Shown in pieces: positions 24,810 to 39,800 of a DNA stretch of 64,000 nt (the first letter of the stretch is position 1; the number at the start of each line of letters is the position of its first letter). The stretch is taken from positions 10,292,001 through 10,356,000 of the forward strand of contig OZ193909.1 of NCBI GenBank assembly GCA_964276515.1, given 5' to 3'. The stretch comes from Gordius albopunctatus. Taxonomy: Eukaryota. Below the pieces are notes generated by a model. It did no database searches. It was not told the DNA's origin and was given only the letters and a program-made list of their open reading frames with translations. The translations under genes were made by a program, and so were the position numbers.

Positions 24810-27800
24810 GACTCCTTATAAGAAGTTTTAAGCTGCGAGAACTATCATTTTGAGGAAAGACAACGTTATATTGTTGCGATTAATTTGTTTCATCGCGACG
24901 AGAGTGCTGAATTTTTGAAACATGCTATATGCGATGATTATTTCAAAGTAATAGTTATCTAATTGTGATAAATTTTTACTTCTTATCATGAAAATCACGT
25001 CTGAAAATAACAACTTTCATCGGATGAATATGGTTTAATGGAAATAATTTTAAATATTTTGAGCTGAAAAATATATTTTTTGTTATTTTATGTAAAAGAG
25101 CTTGAAAAAATATATAAAAGTAAGCTAATTTGAGATTCCTATTAATCTCGATCGACTCCTTATAAGAAGTTTTAAGCTGCGAGAACTATCATTTTGAGGA
25201 AAGACAACGTTATATTGTTGCGATTAGTTTGTTTCATCGCGACGAGTGTGCTGAATTTTTGAAACATGCTATATGCGATGATTATTTCAAAGTAATAGTT
25301 ATCTAATTGTGATAAATTTTTAGTTCTTATCATGAAAATCACGTCTGAAAATAACAACTTTCATCGGATGAATATGGTTTAATGGAAATAATTTTAAATA
25401 TTTTGAGAGAAAAATATATTTTTTGTTATTTTGTGTAAAAGAGCTTGAAAAAATATATAAAAGTAAGCTAATTTGAGATTCATATTAATCTCGATCGACT
25501 CCTTATAAGAAGTTTTAAGCTGCGAGAACTATCATTTTGAGGAAAGACAACGTTATATTGTTGCGATTAGTTTGTTTCATCGCGACTAGAGTGCTGAATT
25601 TTTGAAACATGCTATATGCGATGATTATTTCAAAGTAATAGTTATCTAATTGTGATAAATTTTTACTTCTTATGATGGAATACACGTCTGAAAATAACAA
25701 CTTTCTTCGGATGAATATGGTTTAATGGAAATAATTTTAAATATTTTGAGCTAAAAAACGATATTTTTTGTTATTTTATGTAAAAGAGCTTGAAAAAATA
25801 TGTAAAAGTAAGCTAATTTGAGATTCATATTAATCTCGATCGACTCCTTATAAGAAGTTTTAATCTGCGAAAACTATTATTTTGAGGAAAGACAACGTTA
25901 TATTGTTGCGATTAGTTTGTTTCATCACGACGAGAGTGCTGAATTTTTGAAACATGTTATATGCGATGATTATTTCAAAGTAATAGTTATCTAATTGTGA
26001 TAAATTTTTACTTCTTATCATGAAAATCACGTCTGAAAATAACAACTTTCATCGGATGAATATGGTTTAATGGAAATAATTTTAAATATTTTGAGCTGAA
26101 AAATATATTTTTTGTTATTTTGTGTAAAAGAGCTTGAAAAAATATATAAAAGTAAGCTAATTTTAGATTCCTATTGATCTCGATCGACTCCTTATAATAA
26201 GTTTTAATCTGCGAAAACTATCATTTTGAGGAAAGACAACGTTATATTGTTGCGATTAGTTTGTTTCATCGCGACGAGAGTGCTGGATTTTTGAAACATG
26301 CTATATGCGATGATTATTTCAAAGTAATAGTTATCTAATTGTGATAAATTTTTACTTCTTATCATGAAAATCACGTCTGAAAATAACAACTTTCATCGGA
26401 TGAATATGGTTTAATGGAAATAATTTTAAATATTTTGAGCTGAAAAATATATTTTTTGTTATTTTGTGTAAAAGAGCTTGAAAAAATATGTAAAAGTAAG
26501 CTAATTTGAGATTCATATTAATCTCGATCGACTCCTTATAAGAAGTTTTAATCTGCGAGTACTATCATTTTGAGGAAAGACAACGTTATATTGTTGCGAT
26601 TAGTTTGTTTCATCGCGACGAGAGTGCTGAATTTTTGAAACATGCTATATGCGATGATTATTTCAAAGTAATAGTTATCTAATTGTGATAAATTTTTACT
26701 TCTTATGATGGAATACACGTCTGAAAATAACAACTTTCTTCGAATGAATATGGTTTAATGGAAATAATTTTAAATATTTTGAGCTAAAAAACGATATTTT
26801 TTGTTATTTTATGTAAAAGAGCTTGAAAAAATATGTAAAAGTAAGCTAATTTGAGATTCATATTAATCTCGATCGACTCCTTATAAGAAGTTTAAATCTG
26901 CGAAAACTATTATTTTGAGGAAAGACAACGTTATATTGTTGCGATTAGTTTGTTTCATCGCGACGAGAGTGCTGAATTTTTGAAACATGTTATATGCGAT
27001 GATTATTTCAAAGTAATAGTTATCTAATTGTGATAAATTTTTACTTCTTATCATGAAAATCACGTCTGAAAATAACAACTTTCATCGGATGAATATGGTT
27101 TAATGGAAATAATTTTAAATATTTTGAGCTGAAAAATATATTTTTTGTTATTTTGTGTAAAAGAGCCTGAAAAAATATATAAAAGTATGCTAATTTGAGA
27201 TTCCTATTAATCTCGATCGACTCCTTATAAGAAGTTTTAAGCTGCGAGTACTATCATTTTGAGGAAAGACAACGTTATATTGTTGCGATTAGTTTGTTTC
27301 ATCGCGACGAGAGTGCTGAATTTTTGAAACATGCTATATGCGATGATTATTTCAAAGTAATAGTTATCTAATTGTGATAAATTTTTACTTCTTATCATGA
27401 AAATCACGTCTGAAAATAACAACTTTCATCGGATGAATATGGTTTAATGGAAATAATTTTAAATATTTTGAGCTGAAAAATATATTTTTTGTTATTTTGT
27501 GTAAAAGAGCTTGAAAAAATATATAAAAGTATGCTAATTTGAGATTCATATTAATCTCGATCGACTCCTTATAAGAAGTTTTAAGCTGCGAGAACTATCA
27601 TTTTGAGGAAAGACAACGTTATATTGTTGCGATTAGTTTGTTTCATCGCGACGAGACTGCTGAATTTTTGAAACATGCTATATGCGATGATTATTTCAAA
27701 GTAATAGTTATCTAATTGTGATAAATTTTTACTTCTTATCATGAAAATCACGTCTGAAAATAACAACTTTCATCGGATGAATATGGTTTAATGGAAATAA

Positions 27801-30800
27801 TTTTAAATATTTTGAGCTGAAAAATATATTTTTTGTTATTTTGTGTAAAAGAGCTTGAAAAAATATATAAAAGTAAGCTAATTTTAGATTCCTATTGATC
27901 TCGATCGACTCCTTATAAGAAGTTTTAAGCTGCGAGAACTATCATTTTGAGGAAAGACAACGTTATATTGTTGCGATTAGTTTGTTTCATCGCGACGAGA
28001 GTGCTGAATTTTTGAAACATGCTATATGCGATGATTATTTCAAAGTAATAGTTATCTAATTGTGATAAATTTTTACTTCTTATCATGAAAATCACGTCTG
28101 AAAATTACAACTTTCATCGGATGAATATGGTTTAATGGAAATAATTTTAAATATTTTGAGCTAAAAAACGATATTTTTTGTTATTTTATGTAAAAGAGCT
28201 TGAAAAAATATGTAAAAGTAAGCTAATTTGAGATTCATATTAATCTCGATCGACTCCTTATAAGAAGTTTTAATCTGCGAAAACTATTATTTTGAGGAAA
28301 GACAACGTTATATTGTTGCGATTAGTTTGTTTCATCGCGACGAGAGTGCTGAATTTTTGAAACATGTTATATGCGATGATTATTTCAAAGTAATAGTTAT
28401 CTAATTGTGATAAATTTTTACTTCTTATCATGAAAATCACGTCTGAAAATAACAACTTTCATCGGATGAATATGGTTTAATGGAAATAATTTTAAATATT
28501 TTGAGCTGAAAAATATATTTTTTGTTATTTTGTGTAAAAGAGCCTGAAAAAATATATAAAAGTATGCTAATTTGAGATTCCTATTAATCTCGATCGACTC
28601 CTTATAAGAAGTTTTAAGCTGCGAGTACTATCATTTTGAGGAAAGACAACGTTATATTGTTGCGATTAGTTTGTTTCATCGCGACGAGAGTGCTGAATTT
28701 TTGAAACATGCTATATGCGATGATTATTTCAAAGTAATAGTTATCTAATTGTGATAAATTTTTACTTCTTATCATGAAAATCACGTCTGAAAATAACAAC
28801 TTTCATCGGATGAATATGGTTTAATGGAAATAATTTTAAATATTTTGAGCTGAAAAATATATTTTTTGTTATTTTGTGTAAAAGAGCTTGAAAAAATATA
28901 TAAAAGTATGCTAATTTGAGATTCATATTAATCTCGATCGACTCCTTATAAGAAGTTTTAAGCTGCGAGAACTATCATTTTGAGGAAAGACAACGTTATA
29001 TTGTTGCGATTAGTTTGTTTCATCGCGACGAGAGTGCTGAATTTTTGAAACATGCTATATGCGATGATTATTTCAAAGTAATAGTTATCTAATTGTGATA
29101 AATTTTTACTTCTTATGATGGAATACACGTCTGAAAATAACAACTTTCTTTGGATGAATATGGTTTAATGGAAATAATTTTAAATATTTTGAGCTAAAAA
29201 ACGATATTTTTTGTTATTTTATGTAAAAGAGCTTGAAAAAATATATAAAAGTAAGCTAATTTGAGATTCCTATTAATCTCGATCGACTCCTTATAAGAAG
29301 TTTTAAGCTGCGAGAACTATCATTTTGAGGAAAGACAACGTTATATTGTTGCGATTATCATCGCGACGAGAATGCTGAATTTTTGAAACATGCTATATGC
29401 GATGATTATTTCAAAGTAATAGTTATCTAATTGTGATAAATTTTTACTTCTTATCATGGAATACACGTCTGAAAATAACAACTTTCATCGGATGAATATG
29501 TGTTAATGGAAATAATTTTAAATATTTTGAGCTAAAAAAATATATTTTTTGTTATTTTATGTAAAAGAGCTTGAAAAAATATATAAAAGTAAGCTAATTT
29601 GAGAATCCTATTATTCTTTATAGACTCCTTATAAGAAGTTTTAAGCTGCGAGAACTATGATTTTGAGGAAAGAAAACGTTATATTGTTGCGATTAGTTTG
29701 TTTCATCGCGACGAGAGTGCTGAATTTTTGAAACATGCTATATGCGATGATGATTTCAAAGTGATAGTTATATAATTCTGATTAATTTTTACTTTTTATC
29801 ATGAAAATCACGTCTGAAAATAACAACTTTCATCGGATAAATATGGTTTAATGGAAAAATTTTTAAATATTTTGAGCTAAAAAAATATATTTTTTGTTAT
29901 TTTATGTAAAAGAGCTTGAAAAAATATATAAAAGTAAGCTAATTTGAGAATCCTATTAATCTCGATCGACTCCTTATAAGAAGTTTTAAGCTGCGAGAAC
30001 TATCATTTTGAGGAAAGACAACGTTATATTGTTGCGATTATCATCGCGACGAGAATGCTGAATTTTTGAAACATGCTATATGCGATGATTATTTCAAAGT
30101 AATAGTTATCTAATTGTGATAAATTTTTACTTCTTATCATGGAATACACGTCTGAAAATAACAACTTTCATCGGATGAATATGGTTTAATGGAAATAATT
30201 TTAAATATTTTGAGCTAAAAAAATATATTTTTTGTTATTTTATGTAAAAGAGCTTGAAAAAATATATAAAAGTAAGCTAATTTGAGAATCCTATTAATCT
30301 CGATCGACTCCTTATAAGAAGTTTTAAGCTGCGAGAACTATCATTTTGAGGAAAGACAACGTTATATTGTTGCGATTATCATCGCGACGAGAATGCTGAA
30401 TTTTTGAAACATGCTATATGCGATGATTATTTCAAAGTAATAGTTATCTAATTGTGATAAATTTTTACTTCTTATCATGGAATACACGTCTGAAAATAAC
30501 AACTTTCATCGGATGAATATGTGTTAATGGAAATAATTTTAAATATTTTGAGCTAAAAAAATATATTTTTTGTTATTTTATGTAAAAGAGCTTGAAAAAA
30601 TATATAAAAGTAAGCTAATTTGAGAATCCTATTAATCTCGATCGACTCCTTATAAGAAGTTTTAAGCTGCGAGAACTATCATTTTGAGGAAAGACAACGT
30701 TATATTGTGGCGATTATCATCGCGACGAGAATGCTGAATTTTTGAAACATGCTATATGCGATGATTATTTCAAAGTAATAGTTATCTAATTGTGATAAAT

Positions 30801-33800
30801 TTTTACTTCTTATCATGAAAATCACGTCTGAAAATAACAACTTTCATCGGATGAATATGGTTTAATGGAAACAATTTTAAATATTTTTAGCTAAAAAAAT
30901 ATTTTTTTTGTTATTTTATGTAAAAGAGCTTGAAAAAATATATAAAAGTAAGCTAATTTGAGATTCCTATTAATCTCGATCGACTCCTTATAAGAAGTTT
31001 TAAGCTGCGAGAACTATCATTTTGAGGAAAGACAACGTTATATTGTTGCGATTAATTTGTTTCATCGCGACGAGAGTGCTGAATTTTTGAAACATGCTAT
31101 ATGCGATGATTATTTCAAAGTAATAGTTATCTAATTGTGATAAATTTTTACTTCTTATCATGAAAATCACGTCTGAAAATAACAACTTTCATCGGATGAA
31201 TATGGTTTAATGGAAATAATTTTAAATATTTTGAGCTGAAAAATATATTTTTTGTTATTTTATGTAAAAGAGCTTGAAAAAATATATAAAAGTAAGCTAA
31301 TTTGAGATTCCTATTAATCTCGATCGACTCCTTATAAGAAGTTTTAAGCTGCGAGAACTATCATTTTGAGGAAAGACAACGTTATATTGTTGCGATTAGT
31401 TTGTTTCATCGCGACGAGTGTGCTGAATTTTTGAAACATGCTATATGCGATGATTATTTCAAAGTAATAGTTATCTAATTGTGATAAATTTTTAGTTCTT
31501 ATCATGAAAATCACGTCTGAAAATAACAACTTTCATCGGATGAATATGGTTTAATGGAAATAATTTTAAATATTTTGAGAGAAAAATATATTTTTTGTTA
31601 TTTTGTGTAAAAGAGCTTGAAAAAATATATAAAAGTAAGCTAATTTGAGATTCATATTAATCTCGATCGACTCCTTATAAGAAGTTTTAAGCTGCGAGAA
31701 CTATCATTTTGAGGAAAGACAACGTTATATTGTTGCGATTAGTTTGTTTCATCGCGACTAGAGTGCTGAATTTTTGAAACATGCTATATGCGATGATTAT
31801 TTCAAAGTAATAGTTATCTAATTGTGATAAATTTTTACTTCTTATGATGGAATACACGTCTGAAAATAACAACTTTCTTCGGATGAATATGGTTTAATGG
31901 AAATAATTTTAAATATTTTGAGCTAAAAAACGATATTTTTTGTTATTTTATGTAAAAGAGCTTGAAAAAATATGTAAAAGTAAGCTAATTTGAGATTCAT
32001 ATTAATCTCGATCGACTCCTTATAAGAAGTTTTAATCTGCGAAAACTATTATTTTGAGGAAAGACAACGTTATATTGTTGCGATTAGTTTGTTTCATCAC
32101 GACGAGAGTGCTGAATTTTTGAAACATGTTATATGCGATGATTATTTCAAAGTAATAGTTATCTAATTGTGATAAATTTTTACTTCTTATCATGAAAATC
32201 ACGTCTGAAAATAACAACTTTCATCGGATGAATATGGTTTAATGGAAATAATTTTAAATATTTTGAGCTGAAAAATATATTTTTTGTTATTTTGTGTAAA
32301 AGAGCTTGAAAAAATATATAAAAGTAAGCTAATTTTAGATTCCTATTGATCTCGATCGACTCCTTATAATAAGTTTTAATCTGCGAAAACTATCATTTTG
32401 AGGAAAGACAACGTTATATTGTTGCGATTAGTTTGTTTCATCGCGACGAGAGTGCTGGATTTTTGAAACATGCTATATGCGATGATTATTTCAAAGTAAT
32501 AGTTATCTAATTGTGATAAATTTTTACTTCTTATCATGAAAATCACGTCTGAAAATAACAACTTTCATCGGATGAATATGGTTTAATGGAAATAATTTTA
32601 AATATTTTGAGCTGAAAAATATATTTTTTGTTATTTTGTGTAAAAGAGCTTGAAAAAATATGTAAAAGTAAGCTAATTTGAGATTCATATTAATCTCGAT
32701 CGACTCCTTATAAGAAGTTTTAATCTGCGAGTACTATCATTTTGAGGAAAGACAACGTTATATTGTTGCGATTAGTTTGTTTCATCGCGACGAGAGTGCT
32801 GAATTTTTGAAACATGCTATATGCGATGATTATTTCAAAGTAATAGTTATCTAATTGTGATAAATTTTTACTTCTTATGATGGAATACACGTCTGAAAAT
32901 AACAACTTTCTTCGAATGAATATGGTTTAATGGAAATAATTTTAAATATTTTGAGCTAAAAAACGATATTTTTTGTTATTTTATGTAAAAGAGCTTGAAA
33001 AAATATGTAAAAGTAAGCTAATTTGAGATTCATATTAATCTCGATCGACTCCTTATAAGAAGTTTAAATCTGCGAAAACTATTATTTTGAGGAAAGACAA
33101 CGTTATATTGTTGCGATTAGTTTGTTTCATCGCGACGAGAGTGCTGAATTTTTGAAACATGTTATATGCGATGATTATTTCAAAGTAATAGTTATCTAAT
33201 TGTGATAAATTTTTACTTCTTATCATGAAAATCACGTCTGAAAATAACAACTTTCATCGGATGAATATGGTTTAATGGAAATAATTTTAAATATTTTGAG
33301 CTGAAAAATATATTTTTTGTTATTTTGTGTAAAAGAGCCTGAAAAAATATATAAAAGTATGCTAATTTGAGATTCCTATTAATCTCGATCGACTCCTTAT
33401 AAGAAGTTTTAAGCTGCGAGTACTATCATTTTGAGGAAAGACAACGTTATATTGTTGCGATTAGTTTGTTTCATCGCGACGAGAGTGCTGAATTTTTGAA
33501 ACATGCTATATGCGATGATTATTTCAAAGTAATAGTTATCTAATTGTGATAAATTTTTACTTCTTATCATGAAAATCACGTCTGAAAATAACAACTTTCA
33601 TCGGATGAATATGGTTTAATGGAAATAATTTTAAATATTTTGAGCTGAAAAATATATTTTTTGTTATTTTGTGTAAAAGAGCTTGAAAAAATATATAAAA
33701 GTATGCTAATTTGAGATTCATATTAATCTCGATCGACTCCTTATAAGAAGTTTTAAGCTGCGAGAACTATCATTTTGAGGAAAGACAACGTTATATTGTT

Positions 33801-36800
33801 GCGATTAGTTTGTTTCATCGCGACGAGACTGCTGAATTTTTGAAACATGCTATATGCGATGATTATTTCAAAGTAATAGTTATCTAATTGTGATAAATTT
33901 TTACTTCTTATCATGAAAATCACGTCTGAAAATAACAACTTTCATCGGATGAATATGGTTTAATGGAAATAATTTTAAATATTTTGAGCTGAAAAATATA
34001 TTTTTTGTTATTTTGTGTAAAAGAGCTTGAAAAAATATATAAAAGTAAGCTAATTTTAGATTCCTATTGATCTCGATCGACTCCTTATAAGAAGTTTTAA
34101 GCTGCGAGAACTATCATTTTGAGGAAAGACAACGTTATATTGTTGCGATTAGTTTGTTTCATCGCGACGAGAGTGCTGAATTTTTGAAACATGCTATATG
34201 CGATGATTATTTCAAAGTAATAGTTATCTAATTGTGATAAATTTTTACTTCTTATCATGAAAATCACGTCTGAAAATTACAACTTTCATCGGATGAATAT
34301 GGTTTAATGGAAATAATTTTAAATATTTTGAGCTAAAAAACGATATTTTTTGTTATTTTATGTAAAAGAGCTTGAAAAAATATGTAAAAGTAAGCTAATT
34401 TGAGATTCATATTAATCTCGATCGACTCCTTATAAGAAGTTTTAATCTGCGAAAACTATTATTTTGAGGAAAGACAACGTTATATTGTTGCGATTAGTTT
34501 GTTTCATCGCGACGAGAGTGCTGAATTTTTGAAACATGTTATATGCGATGATTATTTCAAAGTAATAGTTATCTAATTGTGATAAATTTTTACTTCTTAT
34601 CATGAAAATCACGTCTGAAAATAACAACTTTCATCGGATGAATATGGTTTAATGGAAATAATTTTAAATATTTTGAGCTGAAAAATATATTTTTTGTTAT
34701 TTTGTGTAAAAGAGCCTGAAAAAATATATAAAAGTATGCTAATTTGAGATTCCTATTAATCTCGATCGACTCCTTATAAGAAGTTTTAAGCTGCGAGTAC
34801 TATCATTTTGAGGAAAGACAACGTTATATTGTTGCGATTAGTTTGTTTCATCGCGACGAGAGTGCTGAATTTTTGAAACATGCTATATGCGATGATTATT
34901 TCAAAGTAATAGTTATCTAATTGTGATAAATTTTTACTTCTTATCATGAAAATCACGTCTGAAAATAACAACTTTCATCGGATGAATATGGTTTAATGGA
35001 AATAATTTTAAATATTTTGAGCTGAAAAATATATTTTTTGTTATTTTGTGTAAAAGAGCTTGAAAAAATATATAAAAGTATGCTAATTTGAGATTCATAT
35101 TAATCTCGATCGACTCCTTATAAGAAGTTTTAAGCTGCGAGAACTATCATTTTGAGGAAAGACAACGTTATATTGTTGCGATTAGTTTGTTTCATCGCGA
35201 CGAGAGTGCTGAATTTTTGAAACATGCTATATGCGATGATTATTTCAAAGTAATAGTTATCTAATTGTGATAAATTTTTACTTCTTATCATGAAAATCAC
35301 GTCTGAAAATAACAACTTTCATCGGATGAATAGGGTTTAATGGAAATAATTTTAAATATTTTGAGCTGAAAAATATATTTTTTGTTATTTTGTGTAAAAG
35401 AGCTTGAAAAAATATGTAAAAGTAAGCTAATTTGAGATTCATATTAATCTCGATCGACTCCTTATAAGAAGTTTTAATCTGCGAGTACTATCATTTTGAG
35501 GAAAGACAACGTTATATTGTTGCGATTAGTTTGTTTCATCGCGACGAGAGTGCTGAATTTTTGAAACATGCTATATGCGATGATTATTTCAAAGTAATAG
35601 TTATTTAATTGTGATAAATTTTTACTTCTTATCATGAAAATCACGTCTGAAAATAACAACTTTCATCGGATGAATATGGTTTAATGGAAATAATTTTAAA
35701 TATTTTGAGCTGAAAAATATATTTTTTGTTATTTTGTGTAAAAGAGCTTGAAAAAATATATAAAAGTATGCTAATTTGAGATTCATATTAATCTCGATCG
35801 ACTCCTTATAAGAAGTTTTAAGCTGCGAGAACTATCATTTTGAGGAAAGACAACGTTATATTGTTGCGATTAGTTTGTTTCATCGCGACGAGAGTGCTGA
35901 ATTTTTGAAACATGCTATATGCGATGATTATTTCAAAGTAATAGTTATCTAATTGTGATAAATTTTTACTTCTTATCATGAAAATCACGTCTGAAAATAA
36001 CAACTTTCATCGGATGAATATGGTTTAATGGAAATAATTTTAAATATTTTGAGCTGAAAAATATATTTTTTGTTATTTTGTGTAAAAGAGCTTGAAAAAA
36101 TATATAAAAGTATGCTAATTTGAGATTCATATTAATCTCGATCGACTCCTTATAAGAAGTTTTAAGCTGCGAGAACTATCATTTTGAGGAAAGACAACGT
36201 TATATTGTTGCGATTAGTTTGTTTCATCGCGACGAGAGTGCTGAATTTTTGAAACATGCTATATGCGATGATTATTTCAAAGTAATAGTTATCTAATTGT
36301 GATAAATTTTTACTTCTTATCATGAAAATCACGTCTGAAAATAACAACTTTCATCGGATGAATAGGGTTTAATGGAAATAATTTTAAATATTTTGAGCTG
36401 AAAAATATATTTTTTGTTATTTTGTGTAAAAGAGCTTGAAAAAATATGTAAAAGTAAGCTAATTTGAGATTCCTATTGATCTCGATCGACTCCTTATAAG
36501 AAGTTTTAAGCTGCGAGAACTATCATTTTGAGGAAAGACAACGTTATATTGTTGCGATTAGTTTGTTTCATCGCGACGAGAGTGCTGAATTTTTGAAACA
36601 TGCTATATGCGATGATTATTTCAAAGTAATAGTTATCTAATTGTGATAAATTTTTACTTCTTATCATGAAAATCACGTCTGAAAATTACAACTTTCATCG
36701 GATGAATATGGTTTAATGGAAATAATTTTAAATATTTTGAGCTAAAAAACGATATTTTTTGTTATTTTATGTAAAAGAGCTTGAAAAAATATGTAAAAGT

Positions 36801-39800
36801 AAGCTAATTTGAGATTCATATTAATCTCGATCGACTCCTTATAAGAAGTTTTAATCTGCGAAAACTATTATTTTGAGGAAAGACAACGTTATATTGTTGC
36901 GATTAGTTTGTTTCATCGCGACGAGAGTGCTGAATTTTTGAAACATGCTATATGCGATGATTATTTCAAAGTAATAGTTATCTAATTGTGATAAATTTTT
37001 ACTTCTTATCATGAAAATCACGTCTGAAAATAACAACTTTCATCGGATGAATATGGTTTAATGGAAATAATTTTAAATATTTTGAGCTGAAAAATATATT
37101 TTTTGTTATTTTGTGTAAAAGAGCTTGAAAAAATATATAAAAGTATGCTAATTTGAGATTCATATTAATCTCGATCGACTCCTTATAAGAAGTTTTAAGC
37201 TGCGAGAACTATCATTTTGAGGAAAGACAACGTTATATTGTTGCGATTAGTTTGTTTCATCGCGACGAGAGTGCTGAATTTTTGAAACATGCTATATGCG
37301 ATGATTATTTCAAAGTAATAGTTATCTAATTGTGATAAATTTTTACTTCTTATGATGGAATACACGTCTGAAAATAACAACTTTCTTCGGATGAATATGG
37401 TTTAATGGAAATAATTTTAAATATTTTGAGCTAAAAAACGATATTTTTTGTTATTTTATGTAAAAGAGCTTGAAAAAATATGTAAAAGTAAGCTAATTTG
37501 AGATTCATATTAATCTCGATCGACTCCTTATAAGAAGTTTTAAGCTGCGAGAACTATCATTTTGAGGAAAGACAACGTTATATTGTTGCGATTAGTTTGT
37601 TTCATCGCGACGAGAGTGCTGAATTTTTGAAACATGCTATATGCGATGATTATTTCAAAGTAATAGTTATCTAATTGTGATAAATTTTTACTTCTTATCA
37701 TGAAAATCACGTCTGAAAATTACAACTTTCATCGGATGAATATGGTTTAATGGAAATAATTTTAAATATTTTGAGCTAAAAAACGATATTTTTTGTTATT
37801 TTATGTAAAAGAGCTTGAAAAAATATGTAAAAGTAAGCTAATTTGAGATTCATATTAATCTCGATCGACTCCTTATAAGAAGTTTTAATCTGCGAAAACT
37901 ATTATTTTGAGGAAAGACAACGTTATATTGTTGCGATTAGTTTGTTTCATCGCGACGAGAGTGCTGAATTTTTGAAACATGTTATATGCGATGATTATTT
38001 CAAAGTAATAGTTATCTAATTGTGATAAATTTTTACTTCTTATCATGAAAATCACGTCTGAAAATAACAACTTTCATCGGATGAATATGGTTTAATGGAA
38101 ATAATTTTAAATATTTTGAGCTGAAAAATATATTTTTTGTTATTTTGTGTAAAAGAGCCTGAAAAAATATATAAAAGTATGCTAATTTGAGATTCCTATT
38201 AATCTCGATCGACTCCTTATAAGAAGTTTTAAGCTGCGAGTACTATCATTTTGAGGAAAGACAACGTTATATTGTTGCGATTAGTTTGTTTCATCGCGAC
38301 GAGAGTGCTGAATTTTTGAAACATGCTATATGCGATGATTATTTCAAAGTAATAGTTATCTAATTGTGATAAATTTTTACTTCTTATCATGAAAATCACG
38401 TCTGAAAATAACAACTTTCATCGGATGAATATGGTTTAATGGAAATAATTTTAAATATTTTGAGCTGAAAAATATATTTTTTGTTATTTTGTGTAAAAGA
38501 GCTTGAAAAAATATATAAAAGTATGCTAATTTGAGATTCATATTAATCTCGATCGACTCCTTATAAGAAGTTTTAAGCTGCGAGAACTATCATTTTGAGG
38601 AAAGACAACGTTATATTGTTGCGATTAGTTTGTTTCATCGCGACGAGAGTGCTGAATTTTTGAAACATGCTATATGCGATGATTATTTCAAAGTAATAGT
38701 TATCTAATTGTGATAAATTTTTACTTCTTATCATGAAAATCACGTCTGAAAATAACAACTTTCATCGGATGAATAGGGTTTAATGGAAATAATTTTAAAT
38801 ATTTTGAGCTGAAAAATATATTTTTTGTTATTTTGTGTAAAAGAGCTTGAAAAAATATGTAAAAGTAAGCTAATTTGAGATTCATATTAATCTCGATCGA
38901 CTCCTTATAAGAAGTTTTAATCTGCGAGTACTATCATTTTGAGGAAAGACAACGTTATATTGTTGCGATTAGTTTGTTTCATCGCGACGAGAGTGCTGAA
39001 TTTTTGAAACATGCTATATGCGATGATTATTTCAAAGTAATAGTTATTTAATTGTGATAAATTTTTACTTCTTATCATGAAAATCACGTCTGAAAATAAC
39101 AACTTTCATCGGATGAATATGGTTTAATGGAAATAATTTTAAATATTTTGAGCTGAAAAATATATTTTTTGTTATTTTGTGTAAAAGAGCTTGAAAAAAT
39201 ATATAAAAGTATGCTAATTTGAGATTCATATTAATCTCGATCGACTCCTTATAAGAAGTTTTAAGCTGCGAGAACTATCATTTTGAGGAAAGACAACGTT
39301 ATATTGTTGCGATTAGTTTGTTTCATCGCGACGAGAGTGCTGAATTTTTGAAACATGCTATATGCGATGATTATTTCAAAGTAATAGTTATCTAATTGTG
39401 ATAAATTTTTACTTCTTATCATGAAAATCACGTCTGAAAATAACAACTTTCATCGGATGAATATGGTTTAATGGAAATAATTTTAAATATTTTGAGCTGA
39501 AAAATATATTTTTTGTTATTTTGTGTAAAAGAGCTTGAAAAAATATATAAAAGTATGCTAATTTGAGATTCATATTAATCTCGATCGACTCCTTATAAGA
39601 AGTTTTAAGCTGCGAGAACTATCATTTTGAGGAAAGACAACGTTATATTGTTGCGATTAGTTTGTTTCATCGCGACGAGAGTGCTGAATTTTTGAAACAT
39701 GCTATATGCGATGATTATTTCAAAGTAATAGTTATCTAATTGTGATAAATTTTTACTTCTTATGATGGAATACACGTCTGAAAATAACAACTTTCTTCGG

